Assembly: GCF_006345805.1 (NCBI RefSeq)
Contig: NC_043004.1
Location: 83,886,001-83,950,000, forward strand
DNA: 64,000 bases
Source of the DNA: Octopus sinensis
Lineage: Eukaryota
Direction: 5' to 3'
A program made the translations under genes and the position numbers. Positions 12,632 to 25,170 of this stretch are shown piece by piece (the stretch's first letter is position 1; each line of letters opens with the position of its first letter). Under the pieces are notes generated by a model that saw only the letters and a program-made list of their open reading frames with translations, was not told where the DNA came from and made no database searches.

Positions 12632-13239
12632 AAAATAAATATAAGAGAGTGGTCACTATATGGCTCACTCTAGCACCAGTTAATCCAAAAGGTTTCAACC
12701 ACGAAAATACATGTTTCCCATGAAAGTCAGTACGATTGTTAGCTCACACGGACAGGGCAAATAAAAAATAACAAAAATACAGATTATTTTGGGACAATTG
12801 TTTCGCTATTAATGAATTAAATGTAATTTTACTTACAAAAAAAATCCATTTGTAGCTCGTCAGCCAAAACTATCTGGATGAAATCCACTCAATCACAGGC
12901 CAGATTTTACCATAACGATAAATACGCGTATGGTTCAATTGATTACATCCGACGTTATAATTCAAATGCCCCAACTAACAGCGCGCCAAACTCTCACGGA
13001 AAACAAATACAGCATTTAGAAATAAATGCAGCATAATTATAATTAATTAATAAGGGTGAGAGAATTAGACACTAATTTAATAGTATATCTATTCAACACC
13101 AAGTGGCCTAGTGCTCCGAGAAACCTGGATTATTATAATATTTTATAACATATTATAATATTTTTACAAAATAAATATAAGAGAGTGGTCACTATATGGC
13201 TCACTCTAGCACCAGTTAATCCAAAAGGTTTCAACCACG
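12632..13239 (-). repeat. Inverted copy (~1.1 units) of the 535-bp hammerhead repeat
   Basis: Reverse complement of the array unit. Polarity switches at 'caaccacg|ttatggtaaa' with a 2-nt CG microhomology (13238-13239). Confidence 0.95.
12780..12876 (-). ncRNA. Type I hammerhead ribozyme (inverted unit)
   Basis: Reverse complement of 13279-13375 with an intact CUGACGA/GAAA/GUC core. Confidence 0.85.
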
Positions 13240-16200
13240 TTATGGTAAAATCTGGCGTGTGATTGAGTGGATTTCATCCAGATAGTTTTGGCTGACGAGC
13301 TACAAATGGATTTTTTTTGTAAGTAAAATTACATTTAATTCATTAATAGCGAAACAATTGTCCCAAAATAATCTGTATTTTTGTTATTTTTTATTTGCCC
13401 TGTCCGTGTGAGCTAACAATCGTACTGACTTTCATGGGAAACATGTATTTCCGTGGTTGAAACCTTTTGGATTAACTGGTGCTAGAGTGAGCCATATAGT
13501 GACCACTCTCTTATATTTATTTTGTAAAAATATTATAATATGTTATAAAATATTATAATAATCCAGGTTTCTCGGAGCACTAGGCCACTTGGTGTTGAAT
13601 AGATATACTATTAAATTAGTGTCTAATTCTCTCACCTTATTAATTAATTATAATTATGCTGCATTTATTTCTAAATGCTGTATTTGTTTTCCGTGAGAGT
13701 TTGGCGCGCTGTTAGTTGGGGCATTTGAATTATAACGTCGGATGTAATCAATTGAACCACACGCGTATTTATCGTTATGGTAAAATCTGGCGTGTGATTG
13801 AGTGGATTTCATCCAGATAGTTTTGGCTGACGAGCTACAAATGGATTTTTTTTGTAAGTAAAATTACATTAATTCATTAATAGCGGAACAATTGTCCCAA
13901 AATAATCTGTATTTTTGTTATTTTTTATTTGCCCTGTCCGTGTGAGCTAACAATCGTACTGACTTTCATGGGAAACATGTATTTCCGTGGTTGAAACCTT
14001 TTGGATTAACTGGTGCTAGAGTGAGCCATATAGTGACCACTCTCTTATATTTATTTTGTAAAAATATTATAATATGTTATAAAATATTATAATAATCCAG
14101 GTTTCTCGGAGCACTAGGCCACTTGGTGTTGAATAGATATACTATTAAATTAGTGTCTAATTCTCTCACCCTTATTAATTAATTATAATTATGCTGCATT
14201 TATTTCTAAATGCTGTATTTGTTTTCCGTGAGAGTTTGGCGCGCTGTTAGTTGGGGCATTTGAATTATAACGTCGGATGTAATCAATTGAACCACACGCG
14301 TATTTATCGTTATGGTAAAATCTGGCGTGTGATTGAGTGGATTTCATCCAGATAGTTTTGGCTGACGAGCTACAAATGGATTTTTTTTGTAAGTAAAGTT
14401 ACATTTAATTCATTAATAGCGGAACAATTGTCCCAAAATAATCTGTATTTTTGTTATTTTTTATTTGCCCTGTCCGTGTGAGCTAACAATCGTACTGACT
14501 TTCATGGGAAACATGTATTTTCGTGATTGAAACCTTTTGGATTAACTGGTGCTAGAGTGAGCCATATAGTGACCACTCTCTTATATTTATTTTGTAAAAA
14601 TATTATAATATGTTATAAAATATTATAATAATCCAGGTTTCTCGGAGCACTAGGCCACTTGGTGTTGAATAGATATACTATTAAATTAGTGTCTAATTCT
14701 CTCACCCTTATTAATTAATTATAATTATGCTGCATTTATTTCTAAATGCTGTATTTGTTTTCCGTGAGAGTTTGGCGCGCTGTTAGTTGGGGCATTTGAA
14801 TTATAACGTCGGATGTAATCAATTGAACCATACGCGTATTTATCGTTATGTAAAATCTGGCGTGTGATTGAGTGGATTTCATCCAGATAGTTTTGGCTGA
14901 CGAGCTACAAATGGATTTTTTTTGTAAGTAAAATTACATTTAATTCATTAATAGCGAAACAATTGTCCCAAAATAATCTGTATTTTTGTTATTTTTTATT
15001 TGCCCTGTCCGTGTGAGCTAACAATCGTACTGACTTTCATGGGAAACATGTATTTTCGTGGTTGAAACCTTTTGGATTAACTGGTGCTAGAGTGAGCCAT
15101 ATAGTGACCACTCTCTTATATTTATTTTGTAAAAATATTATAATATGTTATAAAATATTATAATAATCCAGGTTTCTCGGAGCACTAGGCCACTTGGTGT
15201 TGAATAGATATACTATTAAATTAGTGTCTAATTCTCTCACCCTTATTAATTAATTATAATTATGCTGCATTTATTTCTAAATGCTGTATTTGTTTTCCGT
15301 GAGAGTTTGGCGCGCTGTTAGTTGGGGCATTTGAATTATAACGTCGGATGTAATCAATTGAACCATACGCGTATTTATCGTTATGGTAAAATCTGGCGTG
15401 TGATTGAGTGGATTTCATCCAGATAGTTTTGGCTGACGAGCTACAAATGGATTTTTTTTGTAAGTAAAATTACATTTAATTCATTAATAGCGAAACAATT
15501 GTCCCAAAATAATCTGTATTTTTGTTATTTTTTATTTGCCCTGTCCGTGTGAGCTAACAATCGTACTGACTTTCATGGGAAACATGTATTTTCGTGGTTG
15601 AAACCTTTTGGATTAACTGGTGCTAGAGTGAGCCATATAGTGACCACTCTCTTATATTTATTTTGTAAAAACATTATAATATGTTATAAAATATTATAAT
15701 AATCCAGGTTTCTCGGAGCACTAGGCCACTTGGTGTTGAATAGATATACTATTAAATAGTGTCTAATTCTCTCACCCTTATTAATTAATTATAATTATGC
15801 TGCATTTATTTCTAATGCTGTATTTGTTTTCCGTGAGAGTTTGGCGCGCTGTTAGTTGGGGCATTTGAATTATAACGTCGGATGTAATCAATTGAACCAT
15901 ACGCGTATTTATCGTTATGGTAAAATCTGGCGTGTGATTGAGTGGATTTCATCCAGATAGTTTTGGCTGACGAGCTACAAATGGATTTTTTTTGTAAGTA
16001 AAATTACATTTAATTCATTAATAGCGAAACAATTGTCCCAAAATAATCTGTATTTTTGTTATTTTTTATTTGCCCTGTCCGTGTGAGCTAACAATCGTAC
16101 TGACTTTCATGGGAAACATGTATTTTCGTGGTTGAAACCTTTTGGATTAACTGGTGCTAGAGTGAGCCATATAGTGACCACTCTCTTATATTTATTTTGT

Positions 16201-16848
16201 AAAAATATTATAATATGTTATAAAATATTATAATAATCCAGGTTTCTCGGAGCACTAGGCCACTTGGTGTTGAATAGATATACTATTAAATTAGTGTCTA
16301 ATTCTCTCACCCTTATTAATTAATTATAATTATGCTGCATTTATTTCTAAATGCTGTATTTGTTTTCCGTGAGAGTTTGGCGCGCTGTTAGTTGGGGCAT
16401 TTGAATTATAACGTCGGATGTAATCAATTGAACCACACGCGTATTTATCGTTATGGTAAAATCTGGCGTGTGATTGAGTGGATTTCATCCAGATAGTTTT
16501 GGCTGACGAGCTACAAATGGATTTTTTTTTTTTGTAAGTAAAATTACATTTAATTCATTAATAGCGAAACAATTGTCCCAAAATAATCTGTATTTTTGTT
16601 ATTTTTTATTTGCCCTGTCCGTGTGAGCTAACAATCGTATTGACTTTCATGGGAAACATGTATTTTCGTGGTTGAAACCTTTTGGATTAACTGGTGCTAG
16701 AGTGAGCCATATAGTGACCACTCTCTTATATTTATTTTGTAAAAATATTATAATAATCCAGGTTTCTCGGAGCACTAGGCCACTTGGTGTTGAATAGATA
16801 TACTATTAAATTAGTGTCTAATTCTCTCACCCTTATTAATTAATTATA
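13238..16848 (+). repeat. Tandem array of ~535-bp hammerhead-containing units (retrozyme-like / non-autonomous Penelope derivative)
   Basis: Units start at 13238, 13773, 14308, 14844, 15379, 15913 and 16449 (period 534-536 bp; last unit partial). Units differ by a few nt, the ORF track shows no ORF here, and the array ends at a (TA)n tract. Confidence 0.95.
13279..13375 (+). ncRNA. Type I hammerhead ribozyme, repeated once per unit (7 plus-strand copies)
   Basis: Stem I cagatagttttgg/ccaaaataatctg (12 of 13 pairs, one G-U). Core CTGACGA at 13292-13298. Stem II GCTA..TAGC, extended by aatggatt/aattcatt and tgtaa/ttaca. GAAA at 13351-13354. Minimal palindromic stem III ACAATTGT. GUC cleavage triplet at 13360-13362. 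Confidence 0.88.
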
Positions 16849-16850
16849 TA

Positions 16851-16890
<40 letters not shown>

Positions 16891-17020
16891 GTTCAACGAC
16901 AAGGCGGTGCTCCAACATTGCCGCAGTCACATGACTGAAACAAGTAGATGAATAAAAGCATATAATTATATTTTGCATTGTATCTCTCCCTCTCTCTCTC
17001 CCCCCTCTCTCTCTCTCTCT

Positions 17021-17067
<47 letters not shown>

Positions 17068-17406
17068 ATACATACATACATACATATGCATATACATGTA
17101 TTCGTATATAGGCATTTGTAATTTTAATTTTCATATATATGGTTCCGTTTTTCAGTCCCTCTGCTTGGAATCTTGATGAAGTGTCTTTGGTTAACCCTTG
17201 GCCAACCAAATATATCTGGATAGATATGTTAGACAGGGACTTAGATTCTGTGTGTGTGTGTGTGCGTGTGTGCATGCGTGTATGTACATGTGTATCCGTA
17301 CCCATCGTGGCTTCACAACGTTTGTTGTTTACCACCCCCAACTTACGGGTTGGGCGAAAAGGATTGCTGGAGGTTAATTGTAAGGCCTTAAACGATAAAA
17401 ATGTGT

Positions 17407-17439
<33 letters not shown>

Positions 17440-17527
17440 TTGTGTGTGTGCCTGTACATACTTATGTATGTATTCTAGCACATGCCTATCTGTATGCGTA
17501 GATATAAATGTTTATATTTACTCTCTC

Positions 17528-17938
17528 ACTCTTTTATTCTTTTGCTTGTTTCAGTCGTTTGACTGTGGCCATGCTGGAGCACCACCTTTAGTCGAGCAAA
17601 GCGACCCAAGGACTTATTCTTTGTAAGCATAGTATACTTACTCTATCGGTCTCTTTTGCCGAACTACTAAGTTACGGGGACGCAAGCACATTAGCATCGG
17701 TTGTCAAGCAACATTGGGGAGACAAACACAGATACACAACCATACACACACACACACATACATACATATATATACGACGGGCTTCTTTCAGTTTCAGTCT
17801 ACCAAATCCACTCACAAGGCTTTGGTCGGCGCGAGGCTACAGTAGAAGACACTTGCCCAAGGTGCCACGCAGTGGGACTGAACCCGGAACCATGTGGTTG
17901 GTAATCAAGCTACATACCACACAGCCACTCCTACGCCT
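17528..17938 (-). mobile_element. Full-length SINE family A
   Basis: Minus strand starts ggcgtaggagtggctgtgtggt..ggttcagtccc and ends ggtggtgctccagcatggccacagtcaaacgactgaaacaag. Confidence 0.92.
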
Positions 17939-19001
17939 ATTTCTAAACATTAATATTATTTTCGTTTCAAGTATTTCAATTCTATAACATTTACAGCTTA
18001 AAGTATGCGAAAAATAACTGCATTTATCGTTGAATCTGCTTTCTATATCGGTTCAATTACTTGATGCTCGATTGAGTTACTTTATCTCTAGTGATTATCT
18101 TGCAAGTTATATTCGTTATGTTTACTTAATTGTGCCCATTCTTTTATATTCTCTCCACAATACCTTGAATAGAACTAATTTATTATTGAGACAGTGTTTT
18201 TCTATCAATTCATTTGTATGAAGTGAATGTAAATATTTTCATTAAGTCTGCATGGCACACAGAGAAAATTTAACAATAGCTTTCATCCAAATATATAGCT
18301 ATATAAGATTTAATATATGACGTAGCTGAAATAAATCTACTTGTTACAAATGCTCTGTAAAGAAATCTTTATATAAAATTTATGAAGTTATGGAATAACA
18401 ATGCCTGCAAGAATGACAGTAGATTGTCGGAAATATTGGACTTATTAATCCAATCATGAGATTATTAATTCTCTTATATCATATGTTTAAAATAGAGTTA
18501 TCTGCAATCACGTTTCAAATCCAAGTTTGATAAATATTTCAATCACCGTTGATAAAATCCATTTGAAATTCCCTGTGTATGACAAGATGATATTTATATC
18601 ATCATGTATCAATACACGTTCTCCTGTTATATTACCTTATATGGAATATGATACCCTAGAAGATAGTTCGAGAATGACATATACAAACTTTGACAGATAT
18701 TACCATATAGGTGTGCCAATGAAATCAGAAAATTTATTTATATAAATGGACATAAATAATTATCCTACTCTTCGATATACTGCACAACCACCAAGTTCCA
18801 GTATCATGGTTCTAAACCAAACAAGGACACATTAGTTTCAGCATAAAATTATAAGGAAGTTCCTTACATGTGTGAAGGTAAGTTATCAGCTAATAATTTT
18901 AAGGCACATCACAGTGTTGGTATTGGTGAAGCGTACTGCATCTACATCTGATTTTGTGTGACATTAGACTTGTCATCAGAAGTGTTACTTCAATGCGACT
19001 G

Positions 19002-19125
19002 AGGTCAACTTTGCCTTTCGTCAATTCGGGGTCGATAAAATATGTACCAGTTGTATGAACACTGGGGACGATGTAACCGATTCATCTCCTCCACCAAAAT
19101 TGCCACCCATCTGGCAAAATTTGAA
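19002..19125 (+). mobile_element. SINE family B partial
   Basis: 'gaggtcaactttgccttt..ggggtcgataaaatatgtaccagtt..actgggg'. Confidence 0.75.
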
Positions 19126-19130
19126 ACCGT

Positions 19131-19253
19131 CCTTCTTCTTCTACTTCTTCTTCTATTCTTCTTCTTCTTCTTCTTCTTCTTCTTCTTCTTCTTCTTCTTC
19201 TTCTTCTTCTTCTTCTTCTTCTCCTCCTCCTTCTCCTTCTTTTTCTTCTTCTT

Positions 19254-19321
<68 letters not shown>

Positions 19322-19322
19322 A

Positions 19323-19392
<70 letters not shown>
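19131..19392. repeat. (TTC)n-(TTA)n compound microsatellite
   Basis: Directly visible. Source of the poly-K/N/F/S ORFs. Confidence 0.97.
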
Positions 19393-19394
<2 letters not shown>

Positions 19395-22300
19395 TAGTCT
19401 TATTTTAATCACGTGCTTTCACTGCGCTATCGAACGCAACTCTATGTACCCCTGGGTATGTGCTCTGGTTTGTATGGCAATCTTATTTTCACTGCATTGA
19501 AATTATTTTGCAGAGGATGGGTGACGTGCTTAATAGTGCTATATTCTGTATGTTATATATACTTGTACGTCCAGGTGTTTTAGTTATGTATTTGTCTGAA
19601 TTTTCTTTTTTCATACCTAATGCGCTTACAATGATAGGAATTGCTTCTGTTTTCACAGTCCACTTTCAAGTGACCTCTATTTCCAGATCTTTCTATTTTG
19701 AAAGTCTCTAAGTTTCTTTAAGAGAAACATCGTCATCTGTTGATATTGATACATCGATTAGAAAGCTTATTTTGCTTGTTGATCTCTGACAACAACATCC
19801 AGTTTATTAGCCTTAAATTCTCTGTCTGTGTGTATTGGCATCTCCCAGACTATTGTTGCTTTCTTATTTTCTTAGACCTTTCCTTCTGCTATTCCATAAT
19901 GTTGGCATGTCTTTCAATATATATAGGTTCCAACGCTGTCGTGTCTGTAAATATATATCTTCTTAGCCAGGACTGGCCAGCCAGAGACAATATGGTTTGT
20001 TGTTTCGTCTCCATCACCACATATTCTGCAGTTACTCATATTTATTTGCATTACGTGTTTTTGCTGATTTCTTGTGGGAAGGCTTTGATATTGTACTGCA
20101 ATTAAAACCCCTGTCTATTTCTTTTCTGTTTAACGTAACCCAATATTTGCCATGTATGAGATTCGCTTGCCCTCATTTAAATCTTGATACGTTGCTGTTC
20201 TAGTTTTAGTTTTGATTTCAGTTGTATTACAGCTTTTTTTCTTCATATTTGTTGGTTACTATGATTTACTTTTTGTATTTGTTACCTTCCTTAAGACTGG
20301 AAAACAGTTAATTGTTTTGTTCATGTTTTGTGACTATTTTTATTAGTTTTCCTTCTAAAGTAGGTATTTCTATAGTCCTATGGTGGTTATTTTGTAATCG
20401 ATTTCCAACTGTATAATGCCTATACCACTTTCGATACTTTGCATGTATAGCCTTTCTTTGTCAGTTTTGATTGGTGCATTCTTGCTCCTGTCATTGTTTT
20501 ATTGCTTCCCTGTCTACTTTGATTATTTCACTTAGAATCCAGTTAAGAATATTGTAGTTGTAATTTATAACTAAGACGGCTACTGTGTTGATACATATTA
20601 TCTTGTTTTTCGCATTGAGCTCTGTTTTCAATTTTAATCTAACTCATCTGCGGTATTCCTTTCTAAACGTCTCTTTCATTTGTGTGTGTTGTATCGTATC
20701 TAGTTCATTGATTCCTAAATATTTGCCTTTTTGGCTTAGCTCAAATTCTCCTATTTCATTTGCTTTATCTAGCGGAATGTTACTATTCTTATCTAGTTCT
20801 CCTCTTTTCGAGGTTGCTTTGGAACATTTTTCTAAGTAAAGTTTATGCTTATTTCTTTGGTAAATCCACGTACTGTCTGTAGTAATGTTGCCAGGTGTTT
20901 ATCATTTGTAGCGTACAGTTTAAGATCATCCATATATAAAAGCTGGCTAATTGCTTTGCCGTAACAGTTATATCCATATCCAGTTCTCTTTAGCATGTCA
21001 GATAAAAGAGTCAGTGCCAAGCAGAAAAGGATTGGAGTGAACGTGTCCCCCTGGAATAGATCTCTTCAAATGAGCGTGGCTTTGGTTTTTATGAGTCTCA
21101 CGTTTGTCTGGAGCTGTAGAACTGACTTCCATTTATTCATAAAATGTTTTATATATGTTATGAATATTGCTGCTACCTTGTTCATAGCTAGTGTTCCTGG
21201 GATCCATGTGTGAGGAATACAAAAGCCTTTCAGCAATTGATTAAGGTCATACTTAGGCCCTTCTCATTTCTGCGGCTGTCTTCAGTTACAACTTTATTGA
21301 TCTATAGCTTATCCTTACAGCCGTATGAGCCTTGCAGCATCCTTTCTCTCTTCTGGAAACAGGCTATTTTCTTTGAGATGCTTGCACGTTCTCTGGGTTA
21401 TTCTGGCAGTAAAGGCTCTGTAAATTGTAGAGAGACATGTTATCGGTCTGTAATTTTGTGGGTTTGTCGATTCAGCGAATTTGGGAATTAGGATAGTTTT
21501 CCCTTTCGCGAGCCATTCATGCATTTCCTCTGCCTCTGCTAGTATGTCATTAAATTGCTCTTCCAGCTTTTTATGTATTCAAGTTAGATATTTTAACGAG
21601 AAGTTCGGGATCACGTCGTGCCTGATGCTTTCCAATTCCTTTGGTTTTAATGTGCTTCTGTGAGCACTTCAGTTGTTATAGTGGTTCAGAGTTGTTCAGG
21701 TGTTCTGTTCGTTCTTTTGATGGATCTTTTCTGAGGTTGTTCTATCGACGACCATATTTCTTTAGAAAATTCTTCCACTTCTGCTGGTGGTGCTGCATTG
21801 ATCGCTATTATATTTCTTGGTAGAAGTTTTGAGGTTGGATTTGAATTGTTTCTTTTGTTTAAAGAAGCGAAAGCTGACGTTTCTCATGCCTGCAATTCCT
21901 TTGTGCTTTGTCGAGAATATCATGCTTTAGCTGTTCTTTTGCCCAAGTATACCTTTTTCTGTGATTTTGTATTTACATAGTAATTTTCTTCTCTTTTTGT
22001 TGTTTAGTTATGTTGTCTACTGGTTTGATTTAAAGATTGACAGGTAGTTTCTATTTGTTTCTGGATATTATTTATCCACAGGGACTATATGGATTGTGAT
22101 ATTCCTGTTTGGATGGATTTTAGCGAGTATCCAGTTTTTTTACTGGTCACAGAAGCTGTTGCATACATCATATCATTTAGCCTGGTCATATTGACATTTG
22201 TGTCTGCAGCTATTGGTTCAGTGATGGCCAGGTCCATGCTATTTAATATTGGTGTTGTTTTATTATCCATTCTAGTGTTTGGCAAATACAATTGATGGTC

Positions 22301-23080
22301 CATGCTGACAATCGTGGCTTTCAGTTCTTTGATTATGTTCATATTTGAGTATCGTAACCATTAGTTTCACATTTACTGTTTCCAGGTTTTAAATTTGTTT
22401 CGTATTCATTCTCATTTATCTTCGTGTGTGTGTTCAGGCTTGGTGCATTTTTTTCACCATTATAGATTCCTACGCCCTGAATTTGTTGTCTTTTCTTGTC
22501 TATTTGTTTGTTTTTTGAAATATTACGTGTGTCTTTGTATTTTACAATACCACTTCTTATGGCATTATATGGCATTGCCGTGTGGTTACTATATACCTTT
22601 TTCTTGGTGTATTTTGGTGTATTTTTCTTTTTAAGTGTTCTATTTATATTTCCGATATATTTGCTTTGAGAATATATCTCCGTACGTTAGCTAGATTGTT
22701 AGGGTCCATTGCTGTATTCAAATTTTATCTAGGTTACTTCATTCCCAGATTTTATATGCATATGTTGTTCTCTAGGTAGAGCACTGCTGCAAAATAAGCG
22801 CTTAGGATTGAAATATATACCACACCTGATCAATTTATTCTCTTTATATTTGGCGTTATTTTGATGGTCATCATTTTCGTAGGGTACCGGTTCGTTCATT
22901 TTTGGTATTAAATGGCTTTGGACGTGTAGTTTAAACCACGTACTTCCCGATTTTTTATCCTTGGGCTGAATAATAGGGGTATTATTTAATTTAGTTTTTA
23001 ATTTTTTTGTGTGTATGCTGGTTTGGAACGGAAATGATCTGATAGTGATTGGATCGTACTGTGGCGAGCGGGTTTACATG
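19393..23080 (-). mobile_element. Near-full-length decayed R4/Dong-type non-LTR retrotransposon (RT + restriction-like endonuclease)
   Basis: Minus-strand fragments 'WLAKGKTILIPK..NPQNYRPITCLSTIY', 'ISQLLYMDDLKLYA' and C-terminal 'IQNIALLSTSPIL'. The 3' end runs into (TAA)n. The 5' boundary is approximate. Confidence 0.85.
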
Positions 23081-23149
23081 TGTTGTGCGAATTAAGATGA
23101 TACACATTTAAGATGCATTATATCATTTAGAAAACAGAAATAAATTTAC

Positions 23150-23272
23150 GTCGTCGTCATCATCATCATCATCATCATAATCATCACCACCACCACCACC
23201 ACAACTACCACCACCACCATCATCATCATCACCACCACCACCACCACCACCATCATCTTCATCATCATCATT
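23150..23272. repeat. (CAT)n/(CAC)n microsatellite
   Basis: Directly visible. Confidence 0.95.
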
Positions 23273-25083
23273 TTGACTATTTCTTGTAGCTGTCGGAAAA
23301 GGTGTTGGAGGAGGTTTAGCAGCGGTTTTTACAGCAGAAATTTATATTTATATGAAAGCATATGTGATTATGACTGCTCTGCTAAATCCGTTAGTATTTC
23401 TTATTATCTTGATTCATTAGTTGCTGTCATAGAAACTTCATTCATATTTATTATCATATAACCTTTGTAGTTAGCGAAATCTTAAAAACTCGTTAGAATA
23501 TAAGATTCTTCATAATTCAAGCAAATACAGATATACCTAAAAGAATAAATACATTTATACCGAAAACGAATGAATAACTGGAAACAATATAGAGGAAAAT
23601 AAAATGGAAAAGAAATTGAAGTATTTATTATTAGATTGCTAGGGAAATTTTATAAAAAATCTCATGAAATTGTCATAATCCTCTTAAATGAATAGCAATA
23701 TCAGAATACTGACGGCGGCAGTGTTTTACCAGAATACAATGAGCAAAGAAACATCTTATTTGAATTCTTTAGTTGTGTTGTTTAATGTTCTTTGGCTCCA
23801 TTGCAAAGACTGAAACCATTAATACTATTGTAATACCCACACAATTCCTAAAGACTTCATGAAGTATAACCCAAGGAAAAATAATTTATATGAATAAAAT
23901 ACATTACATAATGTTATACTTAAAATTGATATATATCGATGACTACGTAGTGAGCCATGGTAATAATGTAGGTTAGTGAAACATAGACAGACTAATTGAA
24001 ATATATTTTGATGGGCATACATACAGTAATACACAGGCATAATGTATACATATATCATGTATCCAGTAGGAATTTTTAAATCCCCAAAACGGCCCCAGTA
24101 GCAAAGCTCTAGCTGTTATGTGTAGTGAGAGCATATTGCAGCGGCAGTCAGAGAATATTACTGTAAATCACTTGAAAATTTTGAATCTTTAACCAAGAGT
24201 GTATTCATTTTGAAGCCGCATGGTATTTAGTAAAACCTTAAGAATGTATTCTCATTGCAAACAATTACTTATGAATCGATTGTAAACGAGTTCTATTTTT
24301 GCTAAACGCTAGTAAAGAATGTAAGATATATAGATATTCAGAATATTTATTTGGTCTTAGAGAACTTAAATTGAACAAGAAAGAAATTCCTGAATGTCTT
24401 ATCAGGATAAAACTAAACATTTATATTCAACTTTTATTATCGGCTTTAAAATAACTTTACAAGAAGCGTCCGTAAATAACAATTTATTAAAGATAACAGT
24501 AAATTTGAAACATCCTTATCTACTGATGTGATGAATACAATATATGATTCACACACATAAAAGAAAGTAAATGCTCACCATTATATTACCAGCTATACTT
24601 TATTTGAAGAATTACAAAAATATCGCAGTATTTGAACTGTTCAGTTTCACTATTTTATGTCCGTCTTCTATTGACAATGCAGGTGAAATATCCTTCAAAA
24701 TAAGTTGAAGAATAGTCGACTGATACACAAATGTAATAATATGGAGGAAAACGTAGAAATTCAATAATTGTGAAATCGCATATTCTTAAAATTTCAAATA
24801 ATTTTGACTTTATTAACATGAATACGTAAAAAACTGAAATTCCAAATATAATACAATAAAATGATTACCCTAGAATAGTTACATTATTATAACTCAATTA
24901 TTGAACAGAAAATGCCCTGCATATATCAGTACTTTACACAATGATATTTCTTGGAGAAAGAAACTGCGATGTATAATATGAAACTTGCAAATTAAATAAT
25001 TTGCTATGTGTACTGTGTTGCATGCATACTGGCTATTAATATAGAAAGTAACAATGTTCTGATATGAAATAGGGTAAAAACGT

Positions 25084-25170
<87 letters not shown>

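Noticed and set aside
13238-16848. CRISPR array or coding tandem repeat
   Set aside because: Units are identical along their whole length with no unique spacers, no cas genes and no ORF in the track; the context is eukaryotic.
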